Of a stretch of 64,000 bases of DNA, positions 35,401 through 47,940 are shown piece after piece. The translations under genes were made by a program, and so were the position numbers. The notes beneath the pieces were generated by a model. It made no database searches and was not told the origin of the DNA. It saw only the letters and a list, made by a program, of their open reading frames with translations. Within the stretch, counting starts at the first letter, position 1; each line of letters opens with the position of its first letter. The stretch is from positions 248,001 to 312,000 of IMG/VR virus record IMGVR_UViG_3300043436_004687; one strand, 5' to 3'.

Positions 35401-36412
35401 TAAGTACCTTCTTTACCTTTATTAATTTCGGTGAAAGTATCTTTGGTGCCAGTACAATATATTTTATTTTTCATAGCCACTCACTTTTATCAAATTCTTC
35501 ATTTTCATTTTCCACATCATCAAGAATTTGCTCATAACTTTTACTTAATAAGGCATCTAATTCTTCTTTGGTGTTAATGTAAATAAACCCATCTAACCCC
35601 TCTAATGAGTCTAGTTTTGTTGGGGAATTATTACAAACAGATAATGTACTTAATCTTAAACCATTGGGTAATTCATATTCAACTTGAACATCATCCCAGT
35701 CTGGTTTACTTATAGTCTGAGGAAATTCATACCCCTCAATAATTTTTTTACTTAATTTCATATTTTTAATTATTTATCCATATAATATACTGCTACTAAT
35801 AAAACAATAATAATTATAATTATTATTAAACACCCCCAACCAGGTTTCTTATCTTTAGAGGTAGATTCTAATCCAGCTTCAGCTAAACCTGCTATTACCT
35901 CAGCAATTATTTCGTGTGCCATAATCCATCTTTTTTAAGTTCATATTCTAACAAAGTTAATAATTTATCAGCACCATACCACGAACTAACATACCCTATT
36001 ACATCTCTATTGTTAATGATGAATAATATTTCGTTCAATTCTAAATTTGGAAATTTTTCATATAATATTTCTTTAAATTTACCAAACCTATAAATAAAGT
36101 CATTGGTTTCACCAACTTCTGAATAATTTAAACGTTTACCATTTTTATCGGTAACCATAGCCTCAACTAATTCTTCAATGGTTTTATATTTTTCTAAATT
36201 TTCTTTCGATATTCTATCCATTATAAGTCATGTTGAAATTCATATTCACCCTCAATGGCTTGGACCATTAAATTAAAATCCATTGTACAATCAGGGTGTG
36301 GTAGCCACCTACCATCAACAAAGAATTGTACACCACTTTCTATTTTTTCGGCCATTAAACCAGTTGTGGTTTCTGTGACAATAAAATCACCATATTTAGT
36401 TTCTACTTCCAT
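32405..36412 (-). other. Cluster of short hypothetical genes, including an unlisted 48-aa membrane peptide (35776-35922)
   Basis: Packed minus-strand ORFs; manual translation MAHEIIAEVIAGLAEAGLESTSKDKKPGWGCLIIIIIVLLVAVYYMDK. Confidence 0.65.
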
Positions 36413-36479
36413 ATTTCATAATTTTAAAATACAAAGATAAAACAAAAAAGTGAAATAAACAAATATTTCACTTTTATTT

Positions 36480-39281
36480 TTAAATTATTTTTAATGCTTC
36501 TTGTAATCCTAATTCTAAAGCATCTTCAAAACTATGATTATTAGTTTCACCTTGTAAGACATTATCAAAATTCCTATCTTTAATTATAACATAATAGTAA
36601 TTTTTAATTTTACCCATAAAAGATGGGTAAACTATTAAATCAATATCATGAACTTCCCTTAACCAATTTTGAAGTGATGACTGTTTTGGTCTAGAATAAA
36701 AACTCCTATCTTTTATTTCGCTTCTCCGTCCATTCCAATTAGTAAAATAGTTTTTATTAAATAGGTCTACTCCCTTTTCATCAAAACCATCTAAAGTGGT
36801 TATTTTAAACTCTTTTTCTTTAGCTAATCTAGCTGTTTCAAATGTAACTAACTGATCTATCATAAGCTCTTCTATTTTCTTTTCTACATATTCCTGAACA
36901 AAAGTTTATTGAATTGGTGGTAATGTATTGACCTTTATCATTTGGGATAACATCTTCTCTCTTCTTAATTATTTTGTTACATTGAGTGCATTTATATTCA
37001 CCATATTTTAAATCAGATAATTCATCTGCTTTAAGTGTTCCATATCCATCTGTATATCTCATTTTACAAATTCTATTAATTTATTAATGCAAGCTAATTC
37101 AGCTTCTTTATATGTTTTATAACCATCTTTTATAAGTGTAGTGGATTCATCTATAAAATCAGCAAAATTGGTAATTTTAAAATAATAATTATCACCTATA
37201 TGATTTTGTGATAATATATCAACATGACTAGAAAGTTTGTATTTTTCTCTAAAATATTTAAATACTTGTGAATATGTGGGTGCTAATATTGCATTTTCTG
37301 AACAATGAGTAGAAGTAAAATACCCTAAACTTAATTTCAAGTCGATATAAGATGCAAAACATGTCACTATTTCTATATTAAATTTTAATTTTTTCATTGT
37401 TAATGCAATTTCGTAAGGTACAAATTCTTTATTCATATTTAACAATTTCAATTAATTTATTTAAACATTCTATTTGTGCTTCTTCATAAGATTGAATACA
37501 ATTAGAAAAAATACTTTTGTCAAGCTTGGAAGATTTAATATTCCATTCTGATAATTTATCACAACAATCTATATTACCACTATAATTATACTTGTTTCTA
37601 AACCACTTAAATACTTGTTGATATAATGGTGCAACACAAAGTGTGATATCATTATAATCATGTCCATAGTTACAATTATTATCCTTCAATATTATTTTAT
37701 TATTATCTCCAAAAATGAAAGTCTCTCCTCTCCTGGGATCATCTACTTCATGTTCTTTTACATAATAATATTTACCAAAACAAGATTCATCAAATCCTAA
37801 TTCTTTTAAAGCTAGTGCTTGTTCGTAAGGTACAAATTCTTTTTCCATATATTTAATTATTTTAACACTTCTTTTGGTAAATTTAACAACTATAACTTGT
37901 TTTTAAATATGTACCATCTTTTAATGGGTGCAACAACCAACCAGAATAATCATCACCCATCATACCAACTCTCTGCCAGACAAAACATTTATTATCAGAA
38001 CCTAACATATATAGATAACCCTTTTCACCCTTTATTCTAGCACATTGGTAGTTTTGATATCCATTTCTTTTTTCGTCAGTTAATTCTATTTCAACTATAC
38101 CTTCAATATCCCAAGAATCATTATCCTCCATTTCTTCCCAAAGACGCTTGACATTAATCAAACCCTTAAGTTTCTTTTTCCAAGAATCTCTTTCTTCTTC
38201 ACGCTTTCTCTCCATTTCGAAAATTTGGTTCCAAGCATCGGCCATCCATTCTTTTTCTTGAATGACTTTATTTTTCCACATAGATTCTACAGCAGATTTT
38301 AATTCATCTATATTAGGTGGAAAAATATTAAAAGAAATTGGGTTAGCGTCTTCCCAATCACCCATCATATTATATTGTTCTACAACAAGTTTGTTATCAA
38401 AATCTATTTTATATCTGCTAACAAAAATGTTAGCGTAAAAATACCAAAAACCATCTACTAACTCCCAATAACTTTTCTCCATTATCCAATTAATTTAAGC
38501 CCTTTTTCTAATGCAATTTCTAAAGCGTCTTCCCAGGTATCAAATTTATATTTTTCTTTCCCAACTGGCTGTTCACCTTTTATCGAGTAAGTATAATATC
38601 CAATTTCTAAATAACCAGTATATCTAACTGGGAGCACAAAAACATCGATATCATGTTTTTCTCTAAGCCATTTCTGAAGAAGAGTTTGAGTTGGAGCTGA
38701 ATATGCGTTACTATTTTTACGACTATTGTAGTTATGTAACACATATTTGCGAGCTATTATATAACCATGTTCGTTAATATCTTTTTTACCATAATATCCA
38801 CCACAACATAAAATAGGTTTTTCCTTGCACTCATAAGAAAAAAATACTTTTTGATTAAAATTTTTTTCTTTTGCAAGTTTGGCTATTTTATAACTTATTA
38901 ACTTTTCTTCCATTATTTAATTAATTTTAATCCTTCTTGTAAACCTATTTCTAAGGCTTCTTCATAAGTTAAATTATCTTTACCTTTAGTAGGAACAAAC
39001 CACTCCCATAAATCATTATTAATAAAATTAATTTTACAATGATTAGATAACGTTAAATCAGCCCAACCAATCATAAAAGTATTTACACATATCTCATGTT
39101 CATCTCTTAACCATTGTTGAAGAAAAGATTGGGTTGGGGCAGATGGTTCATCATAACCATCACTATTGGAATTTATTTGATTTACTAGATTATCATTTTG
39201 ATAGTAATAATTACATTTTTCACTAAAACCCTTTTCTTTTGCGAGTTTCGAAGTTTCGAAACTAACTAATTGTTCTTCCAT
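36480..39281 (-). CDS. Five further paralogue-family members (36480-36863, 37059-37451, 37429-37848, 38482-38913, 38913-39281) interleaved with two other genes
   Basis: Same three conserved blocks as 21556-22327. Confidence 0.8.
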
Positions 39282-41559
39282 AGTTCTACAAATTTTTTTA
39301 ATGTTAACTTATCATCTATTTTTTTACAAATAGAGTAAGCGTCTAGTTTATGAGTATTGTTTTTGATTAATTTTTTTATTTCTTTCTTAACTAATTTACT
39401 CATTATATTTTACTCATTATATTTTACTTTGGTGATTAATTTGTTTTCTCGATTAAAACCACCAGCAATATCCCAAGCCAAATAATTTCCATTACTCATT
39501 AACTTCCAATTATTTGAGTTTGATCCACTAAATTGATTTCTATAGTAAGAATTACGTTTAAATTCAAATTTAACAAAAATAAATATGAATTTTAAAAATA
39601 AATTGTTGGTGCTTTTTATCAAAGCTTTATTAAATGATTTATCAAAATAAGTTTTATTTCGTCCAACTTTTATGATGTAATAATCAAGATACTTACTAAC
39701 TTTACTACCATAAATAAATTTATCTAAATTAAAATACCAATCTAATATCTTATCATTCATAATTCTATTTTTAAATCCTCCATTTTATTCCAAAAATAAG
39801 GTAACCCAAATTCTTTATATTTACCACCTTGATCCCATAAAACACCTATACCATCTGGATTGTTAAATTTAATTATTTTACCTTTTAAAGGAGTACCTTT
39901 ATAGAAAACAACCTCATTTTTCAATTCATTACATGATATAGACAAAACACTTGACATTTTATATTTTAATGATTCATCAGAAAACCAAGCACCATTATAC
40001 CAATGACATTTGGTAACATAAAATCTATTATAATTTGTTTTAATTAAGAAATAATCTTCTGAATTAAAATATTCACTTTCATTATATTTTAACATCTTTC
40101 ATAGATTTTACATAAGTCCTAAACAATTCTTCTTTTAATTTTAAACTTGAGTTTATTGTTGAAAAAGCAGCTAAATTATTTATTGAGTTATCATAAGTAG
40201 TACAATTATCAATACCTTGTAAAAGTTGTAATAAATTTGATATGTCATTAATCAAATACTTTTTAAAATTTTCTTTGTTCATAATTATTTAGTTTTAAAA
40301 TTCATTGCTTCTATCTCTTTGAGAAATATTTCTAATTTCATTTAACATATCTTTGAATTTATCTTCAGCTTCATCGCAAATACAACAAACTACATATTTT
40401 CTATTGCAATATTTACAATTTGATAAATCACCAGATAAATTTTTAGTTATCTTATCATTAGCCCATTGCATTTCCATTGCCTGGTTATATAAATCAATAT
40501 TCAAATTCAATAATTGATCTCTTTTTAATATGTTACTCATTTTTCATTCGATTACATAATTCTTCAAAAGCATCAAACACAACTTCCAACCAAAAATCAA
40601 CTGTTTTACAAAAAGGTATTAATTCATAATCATCAATATCAGTTTCCCTATAAGCTTTATAAGTGTATTCAAACTCATCATCAACACAATCCAATAATTC
40701 TCTAAATTGTTCTTTTAATTTTTTAAGTTCATCACCTTCATAACCATAATCTTTAAGACCTGATTTAATAAGCTTATTTAACTCTTTTCTAGTTTTATCT
40801 CCATCATATTTTGAATATTCTTGTCTACTAGCAATTCTTAACTTCTCAAACCAATAACTATCAGATACACCACCATCAGCACTTGGGTGAAATTCCCTAT
40901 TAAAGGTCCATCTACCAAAATCCCCATCAACAGTTAATATTCCACAAGAATTGATAAATCTAACTCTATGGTAATAATTACTATCTGGTGCTTTTAAATC
41001 CCATATATCCAGAGAATGATAATCATTTTTAAAATGTGTTTCTAAAACGATGTGTTTTGAAAAATCGACCTTAGTTCTTTTCTTATTATTATATGACATA
41101 TTTAGATCTATTTTTTAAAAAGAATATTTTCAAACTTAATATCTACTGTATTATAAATTTGTTCCATAATTTCACAAATAGCTCCCTCAAAACTATCAGA
41201 AGCGAATTGAACCTCACATTTCCCATCCCTATAACCATCGCCTTCATAGCATGGTTGGTCACTTTCTCTTGTCATCTCATAGTTTCTCAACTCCATTCCA
41301 GCAGTTGATAATAACATTTCGATAATTTTTTTATTTGTCATATTTTTTAAATTTTGTTTATTAATAAAATTCACTATTATCAATTTCTTCAATACACTCT
41401 AAATATTCCATATGAATTTTAGATTCGTTATCTTGATATTTAAATAACCTATTTTTATTTTCGTAAAAAGCGGTTCTAATGCACCCACACTTAAGACATC
41501 TATCTTGACTGGAACTTAGCTTATTCCATTTATGGAATTTTTTGTTATTTCTATCAGCC

Positions 41560-42446
41560 CTAGCCATTTAATTTTATATGTTTATTTATCCATTCTAATC
41601 TAGGTTCAATTTTACCATCTTCCCAATAAAAAGCTTCAAGATAAAACCATTGTTTAAAAGCATCTAAACTAGAAAAAAGTGAAGGTCTATTATTTTTAAT
41701 GTACTTAATTAACAACCCATATTCATCTGCCGTTATTAAGTAATACAACTCTAATTTATATACCCAATGGCATAAACCGTTCTCAAATTTATCTTGATGT
41801 TGTAACATTAATTCTAGTAATTCTTTAATTGTTCTAACTTTCATTTTAATTTAATTTTATATGTTTATTAATCCATTCTAATCTAGGTTTTATATTACCC
41901 ATTTTCCAATAATAAGCGTCTGGAAAAAAATATAGTTCAAAAGCATCTAAACTAGAAAAAATCCAGGGTCTATTATTTTTAATATATTTTAATAAAATAC
42001 CTAATTCATCCATTGTAATTAATTTATTTGCATTCAAACTAAAAGCCCAATCACATAAACCATTATTAAAGTCATCTTGATGTTGTAGCATTAATTCTAG
42101 TAATTCTTTAATTGACTTAATATTCATCTTAATTGATTTTTATATGTTTATTTATCCATTTTAATCTGGGGTTTATTTCACCAAATCCCCAATAATATTC
42201 AGGATAATCGAAAAGGGTTTTAAATGAACTCCAACTGGAGTATACTGGTGGTTTATTTTCACGAATATATTTTTTTAATATTTCATATTCATTACTAGTG
42301 ATAAAACGTCTTATGCGTAAATGATAAATCCAGTTACACAAACCACTTCTAAATAGATTTTGGTGTTCCAACATCACCTCTAACCATTTTAAAAACCCAT
42401 TCTTTGTTAGTTGTTCTTGCATATTTCTATTAATTTTTTTAAACAT
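41560..42446 (-). CDS. Three tandem paralogous ~95-aa genes (41560-41844, 41846-42127, 42129-42446)
   Basis: Shared LE(L/V)ML(Q/E)HQ..F..GLC.W and PRL(E/K)WINKHIK motifs; near-identical DNA blocks. Confidence 0.85.
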
Positions 42447-42802
42447 TCTAACTCAGCTTCTTCATAATTTTTATAAGTAGGTGAGTAAAAATCTATACAA
42501 TTAGTCTTATCAATACCAAAATAATAACCAATTTGATTTATTTGTTTATACTCTTTCTTTATAAAAGAGTCTAAATTATAAACTACTCTAAACCATTTAA
42601 AGGTTTGTTGATATAATGGTGCTAATGTTAAATCATCTATTTTATAACCTAAAGATTTAGAAATGCCTGATATAGACATTCCCCAATGCTGATCAACAGC
42701 TTTTAAATTGTTATCTTTACTATAAAACCCTAAACATTCCTCATCAAAACCTAATTCTTTTAAACTCAACGCTTGTTCGTAAGGTATAAATTCTTTATTC
42801 AT
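42407..42802 (-). CDS. Paralogue-family member
   Basis: MNKEFIPYEQALSLKELGF...APLYQQTFKWFR...YEEAELECLKKLIEI. Confidence 0.8.
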   Translation of the reverse strand: MNKEFIPYEQALSLKELGFDEECLGFYSKDNNLKAVDQHWGMSISGISKSLGYKIDDLTLAPLYQQTFKWFRVVYNLDSFIKKEYKQINQIGYYFGIDKTNCIDFYSPTYKNYEEAELECLKKLIEICKNN

Positions 42803-43120
42803 CTCCACTTCCTTTTTTAATTAAAAAATACCATAACCAAATTATTTTTGGTCTTATTAACTCATAAGCTAACCAAATTAGTAAATACTTTATCCCCATA
42901 ATGTAATTAATGCATGAGATGTGCCAGTTAGAACTAAAATAAACATTGCAATAAACACACGTCTTTCTTTAGTTTGATCATTTAATAAGTCAATTATCAC
43001 ACAAGATAGGATAAACCCTATCAATAAAACATATGTTGTTAAAAAAAATCTATCCATAATTATTATTTTTAGTTATTTATTATTCAACAAAGATATAACT
43101 TTATTTTTTAATATCCTAAT

Positions 43121-44338
43121 TTAATCAAAACATTTTCCATACTTCTTTAAAAACAATTTCCTAAACCCTTCAGCATACTTCAAATAATAAGAAGATTCTT
43201 TACCCATAAACTCACTCTTTAATTTCTCATATTTCTTTTGGTCTCTAATATCATTAAAATTATGAAAAGTCCAAAACTTATCTAAGGTCCTAAAATTTCT
43301 ATCACCAGGGTTCAACAACCACATTTCCCAACTACAAGTTCTATAAGAAAGGTCATTATGTTTCTTATTCATATAATCTTTTATAGGGGTATCATTATAT
43401 TTCAACAATCCCTTATCCTTTAAAAAATCAATAAATTCATGTAAATAAAGTAATTTAGAAATCCCACCATTATTCTTATGATTCATCATTTCACCCACAT
43501 CAAAATATGTATTGTCAACATCATAAAAACCAATGTGAAGACTCTTATACTCATCTGGGATATCAGTATCATCAATCCAAGTATAATAACTATACCCACT
43601 ACCAAAACTAGATTTTAAATGAAACCCTAAATAATAAAGAAAATGCTGTTCATCACCAATCAATACATTCTTAAAATCCAATTTATATAGCTTATGGGAA
43701 AGATCGATATCAAAGGTATAACAAGCACAACCCCAAGGAGTATTCCCATACTCAATAAATTTAACCTTCCTTAAAATGGCTTGCTCAATAATCTTAGCAT
43801 ATTTAGGATAAACCTTATATGCTGGAGTATAACTACCACTCACTTCATGACCCCTAAACACAACAGTCAATATAGTACCATCAGTTATATATTTAAATGC
43901 AGAAAAACGATAACGATAATTGTCTTTAATATTCATTATCTTATTCAAGATACTTAAATATCGATTCTTCTTATTATAGGAAAGGGTTTTTATGATAGTA
44001 TCATATGATGTTATCATTTTCTTTCTCTCAACAAAGATACCTTGATTCAACATTTCAGAAGACAAAACATCAAGCGTGGAAATGCTTTTATAATATTCAC
44101 CACCTAATGAAGGTAAAACAAATTTATTAGTATTGTCTACGATTAATTCGCTATCATTCTTATCAAGAGAAATAATCCCCTTATCAGGCAAATCTAAAAT
44201 GAAATCGGGTTTATAACAACCCATCTTTATCTTTAGTTCCATATTATAGACTAATTTGTTTCTTTTTACAACACCAGCATAATTCAACCCCATTTTTATT
44301 TCTGAAATAACCATCAAGTCTAGTTTTTCCATTATCAC
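43121..44338 (-). CDS. 405-aa hypothetical protein
   Basis: Long ORF with no recognised motif; coding strand rich in G/T-ending codons. Confidence 0.7.
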   Translation of the reverse strand: MIMEKLDLMVISEIKMGLNYAGVVKRNKLVYNMELKIKMGCYKPDFILDLPDKGIISLDKNDSELIVDNTNKFVLPSLGGEYYKSISTLDVLSSEMLNQGIFVERKKMITSYDTIIKTLSYNKKNRYLSILNKIMNIKDNYRYRFSAFKYITDGTILTVVFRGHEVSGSYTPAYKVYPKYAKIIEQAILRKVKFIEYGNTPWGCACYTFDIDLSHKLYKLDFKNVLIGDEQHFLYYLGFHLKSSFGSGYSYYTWIDDTDIPDEYKSLHIGFYDVDNTYFDVGEMMNHKNNGGISKLLYLHEFIDFLKDKGLLKYNDTPIKDYMNKKHNDLSYRTCSWEMWLLNPGDRNFRTLDKFWTFHNFNDIRDQKKYEKLKSEFMGKESSYYLKYAEGFRKLFLKKYGKCFD

Positions 44339-44802
44339 AAAATAATCTTACATCATTTTTAAGATGCTTTTTAATATATTTTTTCATATAATTTATTTTG
44401 AAAAGAATCTTTCCCTATTAGCAAAACGAGGTTCTATTATATCAGCAACAATCTCAATAAATGATTCGTCAATGACCCCATCATAAGTAAGCCAAGCAGT
44501 TTCCTTCCCCTCCTGCTCATACCCAATATTCTTTTCACCAAACACCCTTTGACATCTTATTATCTCCTCATTAAACCCCAATTCAACAAATTTTAAACAA
44601 TTAGGTTCTTGACATAATAAAAATTGCAACCAATGATAACCATCGGTATTGCTAGACAATCTTATATCACCATCATCATAAACTTCAATAGTTACGTTGC
44701 ATTTTTGTTTTTCAAAGGTAAAATCAATATGATACTCAGTTTCATAACCATAATAATCTTTATCCAAACCAGTTTTCTTTGTAATCAAATAAGACATATA
44801 TT

Positions 44803-45633
44803 TTATTGTTTCTTTTTAAGTTGATTAAACCATTCTTTAGTGGGAATTTCACTTAAATTTATCTCTTTTGGTAAATTCCTTACACCTTTTTCATACCCCG
44901 CTTCAAACATAATTTTCATATCTTCAGCACTATAACTTCTTTCTTGTTGAACTTTCAAATCATCATACATTTTACTAAATGAATCATTGTAATAAAAACA
45001 ATCTTTGTGATGTTTTATTTCCCCACCATAAAAATGTTTACACCCAGGAACACATTTATCTTCTTCTGGTAAAATTACATTACCCTTACACCAACCATAA
45101 TCATACTTGTGTTCTTCATTCTGAATATTACCATGAACGTTACAACAAGCATTGTTATATGGATGCCCAATTTCACAAATACAAGTATCTTCTTTTGGAA
45201 TGATGGTTTTATAGCCCAATAACGGCTTAAATTCTAATCCGTTTTTACAACCAATAATATCTTTTTCAGTTTGAATACTATCACAACCTGGATTCTTAAT
45301 AAACCATTCTAAAAATTCATTAGGAATAGCTTGTACACCATCTTTGATTAAATCTTCATCAGTTGTTAGGATAATTTTTTTATAACCAAAAGTACCATTA
45401 CAAAATAAGTTTTTATTATATTTAATAGGTTTAGTGTCTAGTTTATGTAAACACCAATTTCCTTCTTTGATCTCTTCATCAGAAGTTATAAAAATATTCA
45501 ATTTAGTGGTGGTTTTACCATATTCCTTACTATCATTTTTAGTGAAAATGTGAATATCACCATACTGGTCTTTAACTAAATTACCAACAGTTTTTATTGG
45601 CTTATCTGTTGGCAAAAGAAATACGTTTTTCAT
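44803..45633 (-). CDS. Mosaic hypothetical protein, related to the split gene at 59988-60669
   Basis: IFITSDEEIKEG...KKIILTTDEDL...IPNEFLEWF. Confidence 0.65.
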   Translation of the reverse strand: MKNVFLLPTDKPIKTVGNLVKDQYGDIHIFTKNDSKEYGKTTTKLNIFITSDEEIKEGNWCLHKLDTKPIKYNKNLFCNGTFGYKKIILTTDEDLIKDGVQAIPNEFLEWFIKNPGCDSIQTEKDIIGCKNGLEFKPLLGYKTIIPKEDTCICEIGHPYNNACCNVHGNIQNEEHKYDYGWCKGNVILPEEDKCVPGCKHFYGGEIKHHKDCFYYNDSFSKMYDDLKVQQERSYSAEDMKIMFEAGYEKGVRNLPKEINLSEIPTKEWFNQLKKKQ

Positions 45634-45634
45634 A

Positions 45635-46057
45635 TTATTTATCTTTTACAATTTCAATTAATTTTTTAATACAAGCCAATTCAGCTTCTTTATACTGCTT
45701 GTTATTAAAGGTATCTAAACCATCAATACAATGAGGGTAATATACATCAGAAACAAAGGTATTACTTTCATCTAATTGTTTAATACTAATCTTTAGTAAG
45801 TAAGGCTCCTTATAAGAATCCAAATCAATTTCACTATATAGATTATACTTATCCCTAAACCATTTAAATGCTTGTTGATACAAAGGGGCAGTTATTGGTC
45901 TAGTAGGTAGAGTGTTAAAAACACTTGTATTTGTATGAGTGTTACTAAAGTTAATCAAATCTTTATATTCTTCAGTATAACCTTTAAAACAAGGTTCATC
46001 AAAACCCAACTCTTTCATCACCAACGCTTCTTCGTAAGGTATAAATTGTTCATTCAT
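45635..46057 (-). CDS. Paralogue-family member (likely start MNEQF at 46057)
   Basis: FIPYEEALVMKELGF...APLYQQAFKWFR...KEAELACIKKLIEIVK. Confidence 0.8.
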   Translation of the reverse strand: MNEQFIPYEEALVMKELGFDEPCFKGYTEEYKDLINFSNTHTNTSVFNTLPTRPITAPLYQQAFKWFRDKYNLYSEIDLDSYKEPYLLKISIKQLDESNTFVSDVYYPHCIDGLDTFNNKQYKEAELACIKKLIEIVKDK

Positions 46058-46109
46058 AATTGTATAATTTAAATTATTTTCTACAAAGATACAATATAAT
46101 ATTTTAATA

Positions 46110-46395
46110 CACAAATTTTTCCCAAAAAATTTTTAATAGATCCCCATATAGAAACAACAACAAGAAATTAGAGGGTGCCTAATATTTAAAAGCAAAAAAT
46201 TCCCCAAAAAATTTTAAGGGGAATCCATATGTAAACAATAAGGGGGAAAATTGCCAGGAAAGAAATATATTTTATAAGAACAAAATTTACCAAAAAATTT
46301 TTGAACATCAATCTGATTGCCCATATAGCATAGCGTACGGGAGGGGTAGTAAGAAAGGTTACGGGAGGGAGGTCTGACGTACAGGGAGGGGTATG
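46110..46395. repeat. Non-coding repeat block: three imperfect aaatt..ccaaaaaatttt...ccatat units followed by three AC(A)GGGAGGG units
   Basis: Units start near 46113, 46197 and 46283; G-rich units at 46337, 46361 and 46381. Confidence 0.7.
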
Positions 46396-46450
46396 TATTA
46401 GTTATAACTAATAATGTGGTTGTTTTAAAAAGTTTGTTATATTTATTAAT

Positions 46451-47077
46451 ATGAGAAACGAAAAATTAAAAGGTGCTAAAGAAAAATTAAAAAGACGTGG
46501 TATAGATAATTACAATAAGTATTTTTTTAATAATTATGAATCTATTCACTATATAGTTGATTGTTTAGATAATAATATCGAAATTAATATTAATAAATGT
46601 GATACTATATTTAACATCAGTGAATTTAATATGATTAAAATTTATGAATTGATTAGTTATTATCCTAAAAAGTTAAAAGAAATTAAAATCATAACAGACA
46701 ATGTAATTAATGAATTATATTCTATATATGGTACTACAATTGATATAATGAATTGTAAAAAAAATAATACTAATGTTAGAGGTAAATTATTTAATTCAGC
46801 TAATGTTAGAATAAAAGAATTAAAAAGAGAAACCAATATTACAAGTGAAGATATTATTTTAGTTAACAAATGTCCTTATTTAGATATTGAACTTTGTTAT
46901 ACTAATACAATAGCTTCTTATAATTCACCATCATTGGACAGAATTGATAATTCAAAGGGTTATTTAAAAGATAACATTCAAGTAATTTCTTTTTTAGCTA
47001 ATACAATGAAAGCAAGTGCAAGTAAAGAACAGCTTTTAAAATTTTCAAAGAACGTAATTAAAATGTATGATAAATAG
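46451..47077 (+). CDS. HNH-like endonuclease
   Basis: CPYL...SPSLDRIDNSKGYLKDNIQVISFLANTMK. Confidence 0.75.
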   Translation: MRNEKLKGAKEKLKRRGIDNYNKYFFNNYESIHYIVDCLDNNIEININKCDTIFNISEFNMIKIYELISYYPKKLKEIKIITDNVINELYSIYGTTIDIMNCKKNNTNVRGKLFNSANVRIKELKRETNITSEDIILVNKCPYLDIELCYTNTIASYNSPSLDRIDNSKGYLKDNIQVISFLANTMKASASKEQLLKFSKNVIKMYDK

Positions 47078-47108
47078 CTCGTTTAAGCCATTATCTTAAT
47101 AGATCCAT

Positions 47109-47219
47109 CTATGAGTTCCACGCAATATAATATAGTGCGGTAAATACGATAAAAACAATTGCGTATAGTTGTCCTACTGATGCTTGTCTTTTAGTTTGAT
47201 TAAATTCAGAATTTTTCAT
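47109..47219 (-). CDS. 36-aa membrane peptide, missing from the ORF track
   Basis: MKNSEFNQTKRQASVGQLYAIVFIVFTALYYIAWNS, with a TATATTTG promoter upstream. Confidence 0.55.
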   Translation of the reverse strand: MKNSEFNQTKRQASVGQLYAIVFIVFTALYYIAWNS

Positions 47220-47278
47220 TGTTATATATTTTAATGTTAATGCAAATATAGTAATTAAATTTGATGTATGCAAATTTA

Positions 47279-47446
47279 TTATGTTAAAATTTGCATTCCC
47301 ACCTCAACAAAATGACTTATTGGTGTTCTAACTAATCTATCCTTATCATCGTCCCACCGAATAAATAAATCATTATTTTCAATTTTTTCTATTGTGCCAA
47401 ATAATATATTATCTAAATGCACTCTATCGTTTACTTTATATTCCAT
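47279..47446 (-). CDS. 55-aa SH3-like hypothetical protein, missing from the ORF track
   Basis: MEYKVNDRVHLDNILFGTIEKIENNDLFIRWDDDKDRLVRTPISHFVEVGMQILT; its start overlaps the upstream stop codon. Confidence 0.6.
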   Translation of the reverse strand: MEYKVNDRVHLDNILFGTIEKIENNDLFIRWDDDKDRLVRTPISHFVEVGMQILT

Positions 47447-47940
47447 TACTCTATTAATAATTTGTTATTGTTTAGGAATATGTTAACTTCTTTGAATGTT
47501 TGTGCTACCTTTGTAAATTGTTCAATTTGGTTTTCTGTTAATTCTTGAGTTCTATCGAAAAAACCTGCTCCGTGACCATTTCTAGTTAACCAAAAATCAT
47601 GTCCCATTTGTGATGCTTCTAATGATGTAATGTCGTTAACTTGTGTTAAGAATGATTCACAATCGTTTTTAGCTTGTTTAAGGTTTGAATTTTCAAATAT
47701 GCTATCTACATTGTCAAGGTCTTCATTTGTCCATTGTGCGCATTCTAAATAACCATTAACCATATCATTAAGATATTGTTGATAAAGCAAATAATTTCTA
47801 TTTGTCTCATATTGGTCTTTATCGATTAGTTGACTTAATGATAATCTATTGTTATATAGAAAGGTTTCTTTTATAGAATTTTCTTTATTTTCTAGGAAGT
47901 CTAATACTGCTAATGATACGTTTTCTCTATTGATTTTCAT
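47446..47940 (-). CDS. Conserved phage hypothetical protein (HDFWLTRNGHG family)
   Basis: YLECAQWT...GHDFWLTRNGHGAGFFDR motif. Confidence 0.7.
   Translation of the reverse strand: MKINRENVSLAVLDFLENKENSIKETFLYNNRLSLSQLIDKDQYETNRNYLLYQQYLNDMVNGYLECAQWTNEDLDNVDSIFENSNLKQAKNDCESFLTQVNDITSLEASQMGHDFWLTRNGHGAGFFDRTQELTENQIEQFTKVAQTFKEVNIFLNNNKLLIE

Noticed and set aside
21556-46057. Diversity-generating retroelement as the source of paralogue variation
   Set aside because: No reverse transcriptase or template/variable repeat pair differing at adenines was seen; the variation is segmental.
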